NCBI GenBank assembly: GCA_025728535.1
Contig: JAOBJO010000002.1
Coordinates: 31,635 to 95,634, forward strand
Source of the DNA: Candidatus Lightella neohaematopini
GTDB taxonomy: Bacteria > Pseudomonadota > Gammaproteobacteria > Enterobacterales > Enterobacteriaceae
Length of the DNA stretch: 64,000 nt
Direction: 5' to 3'
Position 1 is the first letter of the stretch; each line of letters begins with the position of its first letter. The notes under the pieces are model-generated. The model worked only from the letters and a program-made list of their open reading frames with translations, made no database searches and was not told the DNA's origin. The translations under genes were made by a program, and so were the position numbers. Below are positions 19,105-28,036 of the stretch, piece by piece.

Positions 19105-20123
19105 AGTAATAATTTATCAGTTAAATATTTTATTAATATTGTAATAACTAAATAACATACATATATTAACCAAATTAATAAATATGAATAGCTAACTGTA
19201 CTAATACGTAGTAAATGTTGTATAATAAAAAAAAGTGCATATAATATCATTATAAATGAAGTGCTTAATATTTTTTTGATATTACTAATTAACATAGTTG
19301 TAGATAGTAAATAAAATAACGGTATAGATAATAACAAACTACATCTCCAATGTAATTCATTTATAGTTATATTATTGATGTTAGATATTAATTGATTTAA
19401 ACTTAACTGATTAACTAACAAATTATGCTTTTTATTTTTTTTAATATCGAAGAATAAATAATATTTCTTAAATTTTGCTGTTATTAGATTATGATTAAAT
19501 AGATCATAATAGTAGTTATTACCATCATGTAATATAATTAATTTATAATTTTTATTATAAATAAAACTATAAATATTACCAGTACTTGCTAGGTAATATT
19601 TATTTTTTTTAATCTTTATTAAAAAAATATTATTTGATATTCTATTAGTGATAATATTATTATTTTGAATATTATTATTTAAATTATTTATTATTAACTG
19701 ATTAATATTATTTTGTTTACTATTAAATAATAATTGACAATAATATCTATTAGATATTGGTACAATCCACATACTATTAATAATAGTAAAAAACATAACA
19801 AAAATACTTATAATTAACAACACTAAGTGTATTATATTTTTATTATATCCACAGCTATATATAGCTAATAATTCGTTATTATTACGCATATGTTGTATAA
19901 TAATAAATACACTTATTATAATACTTATAGGTGTTACGATTTGTATTATTTCGGGAATTTTTAAAATTATTAAAATAATAGCTAAATTTTTACTAACATA
20001 TCCAATAGTAATTAATTTTAATATTCGTATTATTTTATGAAAAAAAAATATTAATACTAAAATTAGTATTACTAAAGTTTGAACTTTACACATTTTTCTA
20101 AATATATACTTAATGATAATCAT
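19101..20123 (-). CDS. lptF: LPS export ABC transporter permease LptF
   Basis: 340-aa membrane ORF. MIIIKYIFRKMCKVQTLVILILVLIFFFHKIIRIL matches E. coli LptF MIIIRYLVRETLKSQLAILFILLLIFFCQKLVRIL. It is the first gene of the lptFG pair and is divergent from valS, as in E. coli but without pepA and holC. Confidence 0.88.
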   Translation of the reverse strand: MIIIKYIFRKMCKVQTLVILILVLIFFFHKIIRILKLITIGYVSKNLAIILIILKIPEIIQIVTPISIIISVFIIIQHMRNNNELLAIYSCGYNKNIIHLVLLIISIFVMFFTIINSMWIVPISNRYYCQLLFNSKQNNINQLIINNLNNNIQNNNIITNRISNNIFLIKIKKNKYYLASTGNIYSFIYNKNYKLIILHDGNNYYYDLFNHNLITAKFKKYYLFFDIKKNKKHNLLVNQLSLNQLISNINNITINELHWRCSLLLSIPLFYLLSTTMLISNIKKILSTSFIMILYALFFIIQHLLRISTVSYSYLLIWLIYVCYLVITILIKYLTDKLLL

Positions 20124-20274
20124 AATAATATATATTAATGTAATTCAAAACTATTACACTGAATAAATTAATAACTAATTTTAGATATACTTATTACAAT
20201 TTAAATATTTTGATTTTATTTAATAAAATTTAGTATAATAAATAAATGTTGATATTAAATTATAGGTGTAATTA

Positions 20275-23133
20275 ATGAATAATCATTATAATCCAAAAAA
20301 TATAGAACAATTAATATACAAATATTGGGAAATAAATAATCTATTTCATCCTACTAAAGATAACAGTAAAGAAAATTACTGTATTGTTATACCACCTCCT
20401 AATATTACAGGGAAACTACATATTGGTCATGCTTATCAATATACTTTAATGGATATATTAATTAGATACAATAAAATGCAGGGAAAAAATACTCTATGGC
20501 AAATGGGTACTGATCATGCTGGTATTGCTATGCAAATTACAGCAGAAAAAATATTAAAAAATAAATATAATAAAACTAGGATAAACTATAATCGTAAAGA
20601 TTTTATTAAAGAAGTATGGAAAATAAAGGATAAATTTAGTGATTATATTCATTACCAAATTAAAAGATTAGGTAATTCTGTATATTGGGATAATAATCGT
20701 TTTACTTTAGATAATAATATGTCGTCTTCAGTAAAATTAGCATTCATAAAACTATATAATGATAATCTAATATATAGAGGAAAAAAATTAGTAAATTGGG
20801 ATTTTAAATTACAAACTGCTATTTCTGATCTAGAAGTGACTAATAGAGAATGTATTGGTGATATGTGGTATTTAAGATATCCGTTAGCTAATAATCAATT
20901 TACTATAAATAATTTAAATTATTTAGTTGTAGCTACTACTCGTCCTGAAACAATGTTGGGTGATGTTGCAATTGCTGTTAATCCTAGTGATGATCGTTAT
21001 CAAAATTTAATTGGTAAATATGTTATATTACCAATACTGAATAAACAGTTACCAATTATAGCAGATGAACATATAGATGTTAAAAAAGGTACTGGTTGTG
21101 TAAAAATTACTCCAGCTCATGATTTCAATGATTACCAAATTGGAAAAAAACATAATTTATTAATTATTAATATTTTCTCAAAAAATGGAACTATACTTAA
21201 TAAACCTGAAATAATTAGTAATTATGGAATAATAGATAACAAAAATATTTATAATATACCTTATTATTTACAAGGATTAGATAGATTAGAAGCTCGTAAT
21301 GTTATTTTAGATAAACTAAAAGAATTAAATTTAATTGATAATATCAAACCCCACAAATTAATTATTTCTTATAATATTCGTAATAATGAAATTATTGAAC
21401 CATTATTAACTAATCAATGGTATATGCGAACTAGTAAATTATCAAAATTAGCTATTAATCTTGTTAAAAATGAACATATTAAATTCATTCCAAAATGTTA
21501 TGAAAATTTATATTTTAACTGGATGGAAAATATACAAGATTGGTGTATTTCAAGACAAATATGGTGGGGTCATCGTATTCCGGCTTGGTATGATATTAAA
21601 AATAACATATATGTTGGTAATAATGAACAAGAAATAAGATTATTAAATAACTTAAATAAAGATATTATACTTTATCAAGATAATGATGTATTAGATACAT
21701 GGTTTTCTTCTTCCTTGTGGACTTTTGCTTCTTTAGGATGGCCTAAAAATACTATTCTACTAAAAATGTTTCATCCAACTAATTTAGTAATAAGTGGATT
21801 TGACATAATATTTTTTTGGATTGCTAGAATGATTATGTTAACATCTTATTTAATTAAGGATAATAACTTAATTAATATACCATTTAAAACAGTATATATT
21901 ACCGGATTAATATGTGATGAACATGGACAAAAAATGTCAAAGTCGAAAGGTAATATTATTGACCCTATAGATATAATAGATGGTATACCATTAAAAAATT
22001 TAATTCATACACGTATTAAAGAGATAAATAATTTTACTACAATTAAAAATATTATAAAATGCACTAAAGATAAATTTCCTAATGGAATTAATGCTTGTGG
22101 CGCTGATGCTTTACGTTTTGCTTTAATAGCTATGTCTTCATCACATAGAAATATTAATTATAATATTAATCAAGTATATTGTTACTATAGTTTTTGTAAT
22201 AAATTATGGCAGGTTAGTAGATTTGTTTTATTGAATAGTGAAAATTTTTGTAATTATCAAATGTCATCTTTATCTTTAATAGATAAATGGATATTAATAA
22301 AATTAAATAAAGTAATAAAGAAATTTAAGTATGCATTAGATCATTATAGATTTGATTTAGCTGCTAGTACATTATATTCATTTATATGGTACCAATTTTG
22401 TGATTGGTATATTGAATTAGCAAAAGTTAATATTAAGTATGGTTCACTATTGGAAATTAAGTATACTAAGAATACACTACTATTAGTTTTGAAGCAAATA
22501 CTATTGCTAACTCATCCAATTATTCCATTTATTACGGAGCATATATGGCAATGTATTAGTAAAAAATTTAATAGTGATAAATCTATTATGCTACAACCAT
22601 TTCCAAATTATCAATCGTATAATAATATTAATTATATAGTTAATAGTATTGATTTAATAAAAAATATTATTTATACAATTAGAAAGATGAGATCAGAAAT
22701 AAATATAAATAATAATGCATTAGTAGAAATTATTTTTAGTAATCTTACTGTTGAAGAAGAATTATTAATATTAAATAATGATAAGTATATTAGAAATATA
22801 GCTAAATTAAATTCTATTAATATATTAAAAAATAACAAAAAATTTAATTATATTTGTATTTTTGAAAAGATAAATAATATTCAATTAATGATGCCATTGG
22901 ATAATTTAGATAAAAATCTACTATATATTAGATTAAAAAAGATTAAGACTAATTTAATTAAAATAGAAAAAAAAATATACATATTAGATCAAAAATTATC
23001 TAATAATAAATTTATTAGATATGCACCTAGAACAATTATAAATAATGTAAAAGATAAACTAAAAAAATATAATGAAATGAAACTAACTTTAACACAACAA
23101 CAATTTTCAATATTAGATATAGTAAATAAATAA
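20275..23133 (+). CDS. valS: Valine--tRNA ligase
   Basis: 952-aa ORF with class I HIGH (PPPNITGKLHIGHA) and KMSKS (QKMSKSKGN) motifs and a coiled-coil C-terminus. The length matches E. coli ValRS. Confidence 0.96.
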   Translation: MNNHYNPKNIEQLIYKYWEINNLFHPTKDNSKENYCIVIPPPNITGKLHIGHAYQYTLMDILIRYNKMQGKNTLWQMGTDHAGIAMQITAEKILKNKYNKTRINYNRKDFIKEVWKIKDKFSDYIHYQIKRLGNSVYWDNNRFTLDNNMSSSVKLAFIKLYNDNLIYRGKKLVNWDFKLQTAISDLEVTNRECIGDMWYLRYPLANNQFTINNLNYLVVATTRPETMLGDVAIAVNPSDDRYQNLIGKYVILPILNKQLPIIADEHIDVKKGTGCVKITPAHDFNDYQIGKKHNLLIINIFSKNGTILNKPEIISNYGIIDNKNIYNIPYYLQGLDRLEARNVILDKLKELNLIDNIKPHKLIISYNIRNNEIIEPLLTNQWYMRTSKLSKLAINLVKNEHIKFIPKCYENLYFNWMENIQDWCISRQIWWGHRIPAWYDIKNNIYVGNNEQEIRLLNNLNKDIILYQDNDVLDTWFSSSLWTFASLGWPKNTILLKMFHPTNLVISGFDIIFFWIARMIMLTSYLIKDNNLINIPFKTVYITGLICDEHGQKMSKSKGNIIDPIDIIDGIPLKNLIHTRIKEINNFTTIKNIIKCTKDKFPNGINACGADALRFALIAMSSSHRNINYNINQVYCYYSFCNKLWQVSRFVLLNSENFCNYQMSSLSLIDKWILIKLNKVIKKFKYALDHYRFDLAASTLYSFIWYQFCDWYIELAKVNIKYGSLLEIKYTKNTLLLVLKQILLLTHPIIPFITEHIWQCISKKFNSDKSIMLQPFPNYQSYNNINYIVNSIDLIKNIIYTIRKMRSEININNNALVEIIFSNLTVEEELLILNNDKYIRNIAKLNSINILKNNKKFNYICIFEKINNIQLMMPLDNLDKNLLYIRLKKIKTNLIKIEKKIYILDQKLSNNKFIRYAPRTIINNVKDKLKKYNEMKLTLTQQQFSILDIVNK

Positions 23134-23138
23134 ATTAT

Positions 23139-23675
23139 TTACTGTTTAAAGCAAATTAGTTTTTTAAATAGTCCAACCTTTAAATTATTAGCAGTATAAA
23201 TTAGTTTATTATCACACATTAACTCACCATCTGCGATACCGACTATTAATTTATTATTAATAATACGTCGTAAGTGAATACGATAGATAATTTGTTTTGA
23301 TGTTGGTAACACCTGACCTATAAATTTTACTTCTTTTACTCCTAATGCTCTACCTCTACCTTTTCCACCTAACCAACCAAGATAAAAACCAACTAATTGC
23401 CACATAGCATCTAAACCTAAACATCCAGGCATAACAGGGTCATTTATAAAATGACAAGAAAAAAACCACATATTAGGATTAATATCAAACTCAGCTTCTA
23501 TAAAACCATTTTTATAATTACCATAATTTTTACTAATATTTGTTATTCTATCTATCATTAGCATATTTAATAATGGTAGTTTAGGACCATCTATACCGAA
23601 TAATTTACCATATCCAGATGCTATTAAATCTTTTTTTGAAAAAAAATTTTGTCCACTCAACATAGAATTATACAA
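23139..23675 (-). CDS. fabA: 3-hydroxydecanoyl-ACP dehydratase/isomerase
   Basis: [54 protein letters not shown] is almost identical to the E. coli FabA active-site region. Confidence 0.95.
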   Translation of the reverse strand: MYNSMLSGQNFFSKKDLIASGYGKLFGIDGPKLPLLNMLMIDRITNISKNYGNYKNGFIEAEFDINPNMWFFSCHFINDPVMPGCLGLDAMWQLVGFYLGWLGGKGRGRALGVKEVKFIGQVLPTSKQIIYRIHLRRIINNKLIVGIADGELMCDNKLIYTANNLKVGLFKKLICFKQ

Positions 23676-23922
23676 AATAAAGCACTATACACTAAACTAT
23701 AGATTGTTAATTAAAGTATAAGAAATAAAAGTTAATTTTATAATATAACATATACTACATATTAATAAATATTAAATTCCATTAATAACATAAAAAACAT
23801 AATTTAGAAGTATTAATAAGTAATTTAATAATTTTTTATAATTATTATGATAAACTAAAAAACATAAGTCTATTAAGTTTTTAAAATTTAATTATAATAA
23901 AATATTATAATTAATCTTTTTT

Positions 23923-24579
23923 TTATCTACGTAGTAAACTGATACTACTTATTAAATTAACAAATATATTATATAATGAAACATATAAACTAATTGTTGC
24001 TCTAATGTAGTTAGTTTCACCTCCATAAACTATATTGCTTATTTCCCACAATATAGAAATAGAAGAACAAATAATAAATACAGCGCTAATTGTTAATGAT
24101 ATTATAGATAAGTTAAAAAAGCTATTTAAAATACTCAATATAATTAATGATAAAAATCCACTAGTTATCGTGCTTATTAAAAATGACATATTTTTTTTAG
24201 TTATAAAAACATAAAAAGAACAAAATAATAATATTAACGCAGTACCAATTAAAGACAAAATTATTATATTATTAGCTCCGGTAAATAATATTTTACTTAA
24301 AGTAGGACCTAATGTATAACCCATAAATCCAGTTAAAGCAAATGTAGAAAAAATACCAAACACACTATTAGATAATCTTTGTGTTAGAAACAATAAACTA
24401 TAAAATCCAACTATTACAATTAATAAACCAGGACTAGGTAAACAATATATTGTACTAATAGTAGCTATAAATCCAGAAAATAACAATGTTAAAAATAATA
24501 AAAAATAAGTATTGCGTAAAACTTTATTAGTATTTAGAATAGGCTTATTAATTAAAATATCCTTAACTAATTGATTCAT
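23923..24579 (-). CDS. yccA: BAX-inhibitor-1 family inner-membrane protein YccA (FtsH modulator)
   Basis: 218-aa ORF with 7 predicted TM segments. The N-terminus ..VLRNTYFLLFLTLLFSGFIATIS is typical of YccA/YbhL. It is adjacent to tRNA-Ser(UGA), like E. coli yccA-serT. Confidence 0.85.
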   Translation of the reverse strand: MNQLVKDILINKPILNTNKVLRNTYFLLFLTLLFSGFIATISTIYCLPSPGLLIVIVGFYSLLFLTQRLSNSVFGIFSTFALTGFMGYTLGPTLSKILFTGANNIIILSLIGTALILLFCSFYVFITKKNMSFLISTITSGFLSLIILSILNSFFNLSIISLTISAVFIICSSISILWEISNIVYGGETNYIRATISLYVSLYNIFVNLISSISLLRR

Positions 24580-24736
24580 AACGACTCCTACTGTATAGTA
24601 TATGTTGATAAAATTACTTTATGTATTATAATTTATAATATAAAATATGCTAATATTATATAATTGTAGCATAAATTTTTAGCATTGTAAATTAATTAAG
24701 TAATACTAATATTATAGATATTACTAGTAATAACTT

Positions 24737-24819
24737 GGAGGAGTGGCTGAGTGGTTTAAAGCACCGGTCTTGAAAATCGGTAGTAGAAATACTCTAGAGT
24801 TCGAATCTCTACTCCTCCG
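24737..24819 (+). tRNA. serT: tRNA-Ser, anticodon UGA; CCA not encoded
   Basis: GGAGGAGTGGCTGAGTGGTTTAAAGCACCGGTCTTGAAAATCGGTAGTAGAAATACTCTAGAGTTCGAATCTCTACTCCTCCG. It has acceptor stem GGAGGAG/CTCCTCC, anticodon loop CTTGAAA, and a long variable arm. It is colinear with E. coli serT. Confidence 0.92.
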
Positions 24820-24832
24820 TTGTAGTTATAAC

Positions 24833-24905
24833 GGGTCGTTAGCTCAGTTGGTAGAGCAATTGACTCTTAATCAATTGGTCGTAGGTTCGAATCCTACACG
24901 ACCCA
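24833..24905 (+). tRNA. tRNA-Lys, anticodon CUU; CCA not encoded
   Basis: GGGTCGTTAGCTCAGTTGGTAGAGCAATTGACTCTTAATCAATTGGTCGTAGGTTCGAATCCTACACGACCCA. It is colinear with E. coli tRNA-Lys, but the anticodon loop reads CTCTTAA (positions 34-36 = CTT) where E. coli has CTTTTAA (TTT). Confidence 0.88.
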
Positions 24906-24985
24906 AATTATTATAATATTTTTAAATAGATTAAATTTACTAATATACTATGTTTTTTGACACTTAAATTAATCAATATTATATT

Positions 24986-25540
24986 ATGCAATTTAATATA
25001 CCAACTTGGTTAACCATTTTCCGAGTAGTAGTAATACCATTATTTATTTTTGTATTTTATTTACCATTTAATTGGTCTAGATTATGCTGTATTATAATAT
25101 TTGTTTTAGCTTCAATTACTGATTGGTTTGATGGTTTTTTAGCTCGTCGTTGGAAACAAACAAGTGATTTTGGTGCTTTTCTTGATCCAGTAGCTGATAA
25201 AGTAATGATTTCAGTAATATTAGTACTAATATCTGATCAATTGCATTATTGGTTAATTACATTACCTTCGTCAATAATTATTGCAAGAGAAATTATTATT
25301 TCAGCATTAAGAGAGTGGTTAGCTAGATTAGGTAAAAATATTAATATTTCTGTTACTTTAATTAGTAAAATAAAAACTACAATTCAAATTATTGCTATTA
25401 CTACGTTATTATATCAATCAGATAATTACGTTATACTAACAATTGGTATAATCTTTTTATATATTGCTTTAGTACTAACTTTTTATTCTATGCTAAAATA
25501 TTTATATATCATTAGGCATGAATTTTATAAAAAATTTTAA
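24986..25540 (+). CDS. pgsA: CDP-diacylglycerol--glycerol-3-phosphate 3-phosphatidyltransferase
   Basis: 184-aa ORF with the CDP-alcohol phosphotransferase motif DWFDGFLARRW...GAFLDPVADK. It is followed by tRNA-Cys and tRNA-Leu as in E. coli (pgsA-glyW-cysT-leuZ, here without glyW). Confidence 0.94.
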   Translation: MQFNIPTWLTIFRVVVIPLFIFVFYLPFNWSRLCCIIIFVLASITDWFDGFLARRWKQTSDFGAFLDPVADKVMISVILVLISDQLHYWLITLPSSIIIAREIIISALREWLARLGKNINISVTLISKIKTTIQIIAITTLLYQSDNYVILTIGIIFLYIALVLTFYSMLKYLYIIRHEFYKKF

Positions 25541-25592
25541 TGTTGTTAAAACATAAAATATATTATATATTAGTTAATACCTTTAGTACTTT

Positions 25593-25664
25593 GGCGTGTT
25601 GACAGAATGGTTTATGTAGCGGATTGCAAATCCGTTTATCCCAGTTCGATTCTGGGACACGTCT
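25593..25664 (+). tRNA. cysT: tRNA-Cys, anticodon GCA
   Basis: GGCGTGTTGACAGAATGGTTTATGTAGCGGATTGCAAATCCGTTTATCCCAGTTCGATTCTGGGACACGTCT is colinear with E. coli tRNA-Cys, with anticodon loop TTGCAAA. Confidence 0.9.
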
Positions 25665-25678
25665 TTTTTTTATTGTAT

Positions 25679-25762
25679 ACCCGGGTGGTGAAATTTGGTA
25701 GACACAAGGGACTTAAAATCCCTCAGCTAAAAGCTATACGAGTTCAAATCTCGTCCCGGGTA
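25679..25762 (+). tRNA. leuZ: tRNA-Leu, anticodon UAA
   Basis: ACCCGGGTGGTGAAATTTGGTAGACACAAGGGACTTAAAATCCCTCAGCTAAAAGCTATACGAGTTCAAATCTCGTCCCGGGTA. It has acceptor stem ACCCGGG/CCCGGGT, anticodon loop CTTAAAA, and a long variable arm. It is colinear with E. coli leuZ. Confidence 0.9.
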
Positions 25763-25780
25763 TTTAGTCCTAATTTTAGA

Positions 25781-26704
25781 TTAATTAATTATTACTGGTA
25801 TACCAGATCTTCTATTTAATTCATTATTAAATTTCTTTATGTTTACATTATTATTTATGATAAATTGTTTAATATAATTATTTACTTTAATTGGTAATAT
25901 TTTTTTTGACATAAATTCTTCTTTATTGGAAGATAGAGGTTGGTGTACTTCTAAATATATGATATTATCTGGTTCTTTAGTAATTTTTATTGGTTCGTTA
26001 ATAAATTGCACCCTAGTTCCTACCGGAACATTTTCAAATAAAAACTTAATATCATCATCTCTTAAACGTACACAACCATGACTAATTCTTAACCCAATTC
26101 CAAATTTACTATTAGTTCCATGTATAGCAAAATAATTACCTAGATATAGAGCAAATAATCCCATTGGATTATTTGGACCAGCAGGAAATATTTTTGGTAT
26201 ACATTGTCCATTACGTATATATTCATCTCTAATATTTTTTGTTGGAATCCAAATAGGATTACTTTTTTTATATTTAACGGAGGTAATCCAATTTTTAGGA
26301 GTTTCATTACCTATTTCTCCAATTCCAATAGGAAATACAATAACTTTATTTTTTTTTAAAAAAAAATACAAACGCATTTCTGCGCTGTTAATAATAATTC
26401 CCCTATGTAAAGTATTTGGTAGTATCATTTTTTTAGGTACAATTATTTTGGTACAAGATGTAGGTAAATAAACATCTAGATTTGGGTTCGCTTCTAACAT
26501 ATTGGTGATACCTACTTGAAATTTAGCAGAAAAATACTCTAATGAACATTTATTATTTAACGGAATAATAAAACTAATATTTTTACCTATAATTCTACTA
26601 TTTGAATCAAATATCCGATAAACTGTAGCATATAAATTATTATTAAATAATACTAATTTAATAATTAGTACAATAATTGATAATACTTTAAATAAATGTA
26701 ACAT
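25781..26704 (-). CDS. Periplasmic L,D-transpeptidase (YkuD domain; ErfK/YbiS/YcfS family)
   Basis: 307-aa ORF with a signal peptide. GITNMLEANPNLDVYLP..INSAEMRLYFF..FPIGIGE..NPMGLFALYLG..YAIHGTN..GIGLRISHGCVRLRDDDIKFLFENVPVGTRVQ is colinear with E. coli YbiS/ErfK and includes the catalytic SHGC(V/I)RL motif. Confidence 0.88.
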   Translation of the reverse strand: MLHLFKVLSIIVLIIKLVLFNNNLYATVYRIFDSNSRIIGKNISFIIPLNNKCSLEYFSAKFQVGITNMLEANPNLDVYLPTSCTKIIVPKKMILPNTLHRGIIINSAEMRLYFFLKKNKVIVFPIGIGEIGNETPKNWITSVKYKKSNPIWIPTKNIRDEYIRNGQCIPKIFPAGPNNPMGLFALYLGNYFAIHGTNSKFGIGLRISHGCVRLRDDDIKFLFENVPVGTRVQFINEPIKITKEPDNIIYLEVHQPLSSNKEEFMSKKILPIKVNNYIKQFIINNNVNIKKFNNELNRRSGIPVIIN

Positions 26705-26761
26705 AAAATATTTTTAATAATATTATTAAAGATTCTAAGTTATTTTAAAGTTTATAATAAT

Positions 26762-26790
26762 AAAAAACCTTACTAAGATATAGTAAGGTT
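26762..26790 (-). terminator. Rho-independent terminator candidate downstream of ahpC
   Basis: A perfect 10-bp inverted repeat, AACCTTACTA (26766-26775) and TAGTAAGGTT (26781-26790), flanks a 5-nt loop. On the minus-strand transcript the hairpin is followed by a U-rich tract (TTTTTATTATT), from the plus-strand A run at 26762-26767. It contains 3 G:C pairs, which is unusual in this AT-rich spacer. Confidence 0.6.
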
Positions 26791-26846
26791 TAAAATTAGA
26801 AAATAAATAATCTTATAATTCTAGCTAATTTTTTAATTAAAATAAA

Positions 26847-27446
26847 CTATAAATCATTAGTATTATTACTTAAATAAGTAGCAATACCGTCTTTAGTTGG
26901 TTTAATTGTATCTTTTCCTATTTGCCATTGCGCTGGACAAACCTGACCATTGATTTCATGACATTTAAAAGCATCTATAAGTCTTATTATTTCATCTATA
27001 TTTCTACCTACAGGTAAATCATTAATAGACTGATGACGTATAATACTGTCTTTATCTAATATAAAAGTTGCTCTTAATGCTACACCAAGTTCTGGATGTT
27101 CTACTTTATAAGATTTTATGATATCTCTCTTTATATCAGAAATCATTGGGTAATTAATATTAAATATTCCACCATTATTAATAGAAGTTGAACGCCATGC
27201 ATTATGTGTAAATACAGAATCTATAGATATACCAATTACTTTAACATCACGTTGTTTAAATTCTACATAACGTTTATTAAACGAAATTATTTCAGATGGA
27301 CAAACAAAAGTAAAATCCATTGGCCAAAAAAATATAACAGCGTATCTATTACTAATATATTCATATAAATTAAAATTATCAATTATAGTTCCATCTTTTA
27401 ATACAGCTGGAGCTGTAAAATTAGGTGCTACTTTTGTAACTAACAT
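26847..27446 (-). CDS. ahpC: Typical 2-Cys peroxiredoxin (AhpC/TsaA type)
   Basis: MLVTKVAPNFTAPAV..VIFFWPMDFTFVCPSEI (peroxidatic Cys) and ..GQVCPAQW (resolving Cys). I use the ATG at 27446, which follows AGGAG; the ORF-track start at 27527 is an upstream TTG that adds 27 non-homologous residues. Confidence 0.9.
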   Translation of the reverse strand: MLVTKVAPNFTAPAVLKDGTIIDNFNLYEYISNRYAVIFFWPMDFTFVCPSEIISFNKRYVEFKQRDVKVIGISIDSVFTHNAWRSTSINNGGIFNINYPMISDIKRDIIKSYKVEHPELGVALRATFILDKDSIIRHQSINDLPVGRNIDEIIRLIDAFKCHEINGQVCPAQWQIGKDTIKPTKDGIATYLSNNTNDL

Positions 27447-27635
27447 AATATATCTCCTATAAAATATTTTAATTAAATTAAATTTTAATATATATATTAC
27501 TATATAAAATAATAAATTATCATTCAATATATTGTTTTATATTATCTATAATAGTATACTATTTAAATTATTAACTTAGTTTAAAATTTTAAATTTTTTT
27601 GATGTAGAATTTTAATTAATTAACAAAATATTTAA

Positions 27636-28028
27636 ATGAATAATTTTATTAATGGAATGTTGATTAACTATAATAACTATTCACAATCATCAGGTAATCC
27701 TTATTCAATTTTGTTAATGCTGTTTATTTTTATATTAATATTTTATTTTATGATTATAAGACCTCAACAAAAACGTATGAAATCACATAAATTATTAATT
27801 AATAATATTAAAAACGGTGATGAGATTATGACTAATGGTGGTTTAATAGGAATAGTTTTAGAAAAAACAAATAACGGATACGCGTTACTACTACTCGTGG
27901 ATAATAATAAAATAATTATTAAATTAGATTATATTTCTATTGTCTTACCCAAAGGTACAATAAATTTACTTAATAATGATTTAACAAAAAATATAGTTAA
28001 TAATACATCAAAATTAAATAAAAAATAA
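27636..28028 (+). CDS. yajC: Sec translocon accessory protein YajC
   Basis: PYSILLMLFIFILIFYFMIIRPQQKRMKSHKLLINNIKNGDEIMTNGGLIGIV matches E. coli YajC PMSLILMLVVFGLIFYFMILRPQQKRTKEHKKLMDSIAKGDEVLTNGGLVGRV. Confidence 0.92.
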   Translation: MNNFINGMLINYNNYSQSSGNPYSILLMLFIFILIFYFMIIRPQQKRMKSHKLLINNIKNGDEIMTNGGLIGIVLEKTNNGYALLLLVDNNKIIIKLDYISIVLPKGTINLLNNDLTKNIVNNTSKLNKK

Positions 28029-28036
28029 TATTTATT

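Noticed and set aside
24685-24713. Possible promoter for the tRNA-Ser/tRNA-Lys pair (TTGTAA, 16 nt, TAATAT)
   Set aside because: Both hexamers are weak matches, and -10-like AT hexamers occur almost everywhere in this DNA. It is not distinguishable from background without transcription start site data.
25607-25819. 70-aa plus-strand ORF
   Set aside because: It reads straight through the tRNA-Cys and tRNA-Leu(UAA) genes and is an artefact of their GC-richer sequence.
27447-27527. N-terminal extensions implied by ORF-track starts (ahpC here; also rplT 4895-4906, apt 48937-48966, htpG 51324-51332, serS 56108-56143, dapD 58265-58336, ribH 29171-29182)
   Set aside because: The extensions start at TTG, GTG or upstream ATG codons and add residues with no counterpart in E. 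coli homologues. In each case an internal ATG aligns with the homologue's N-terminus, often just after an AGGAG-like Shine-Dalgarno. For dapD the shorter start also removes an implausible overlap with map.
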